DNA of 38,449 bases from Myxococcota bacterium (GTDB lineage Bacteria; Myxococcota_A; UBA796; SXON01), in assembly GCA_040386535.1 (NCBI GenBank), contig JAZKFH010000028.1:53868-92316 (forward strand), read 5' to 3'. Made by a program: the position numbers and the translations under genes. Position 1 is the first letter of the stretch, and each line of letters begins with the position of its first letter. Positions 38,296 through 38,449 of the stretch are shown here, in pieces. Under the pieces are notes generated by a model. That model worked only from the letters and a program-made list of their open reading frames with translations. It was not told the origin of the DNA and ran no database searches.

Positions 38296-38449
38296 TGGGG
38301 CGGGTTTGGCGGTGACGCGGCGGTCCCCCCGTGAGTTCGGGCCGTGCGCTGAACGCGGGGGATGGCGTTTCCATACCTATGCACTTCCCTCAGGCCTGAG
38401 GTTTAGCCACTTCGGCTCATTCCTCAGGTTCTCCGATCCCTTCCTGCGC

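Noticed and set aside
38349..38449. Glycine riboswitch on the minus strand
   Set aside because: GGAGA, CCGAAG and CTCAGG words are present, but the pairing does not fit the aptamer and no minus-strand gene follows.

Overview
Very GC-rich bacterial chromosomal window. The gene content (many Asp-rich lipoproteins, MopE-like DxDGDG/DCDD repeats, FG-GAP propellers, a VWA lipoprotein) suggests a Myxococcota-like organism; this is inference, as no marker gene is present. About 31 plausible CDSs, mostly secreted or envelope proteins, plus dctA, a MutH-family endonuclease, a TetR/P450 divergon, a PLD, an ArsR-DUF2087 regulator and an OmpR-family two-component operon containing a 42-aa ORF missing from the ORF track. 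No integrase, transposase, rRNA, tRNA or CRISPR array is supported. Best leads: (1) a clear cobalamin riboswitch (5314-5449) heading an atypical operon of an unknown lipoprotein, a BtuH-like surface protein and a Tat/lipoprotein Rieske protein, with no btuB/btuFCD in the window; (2) ultra-short, uncharged lipoprotein signals (Cys at residue 7-10), three of them bounded by in-frame stops; (3) several unannotated non-coding repeats, including a two-copy ~198-bp element with doubled inverted boxes 31 bp apart, a three-copy ~100-bp GC-rich element and 51-52-bp hairpin tandem arrays. All family assignments come from motif recognition by eye, not database searches.
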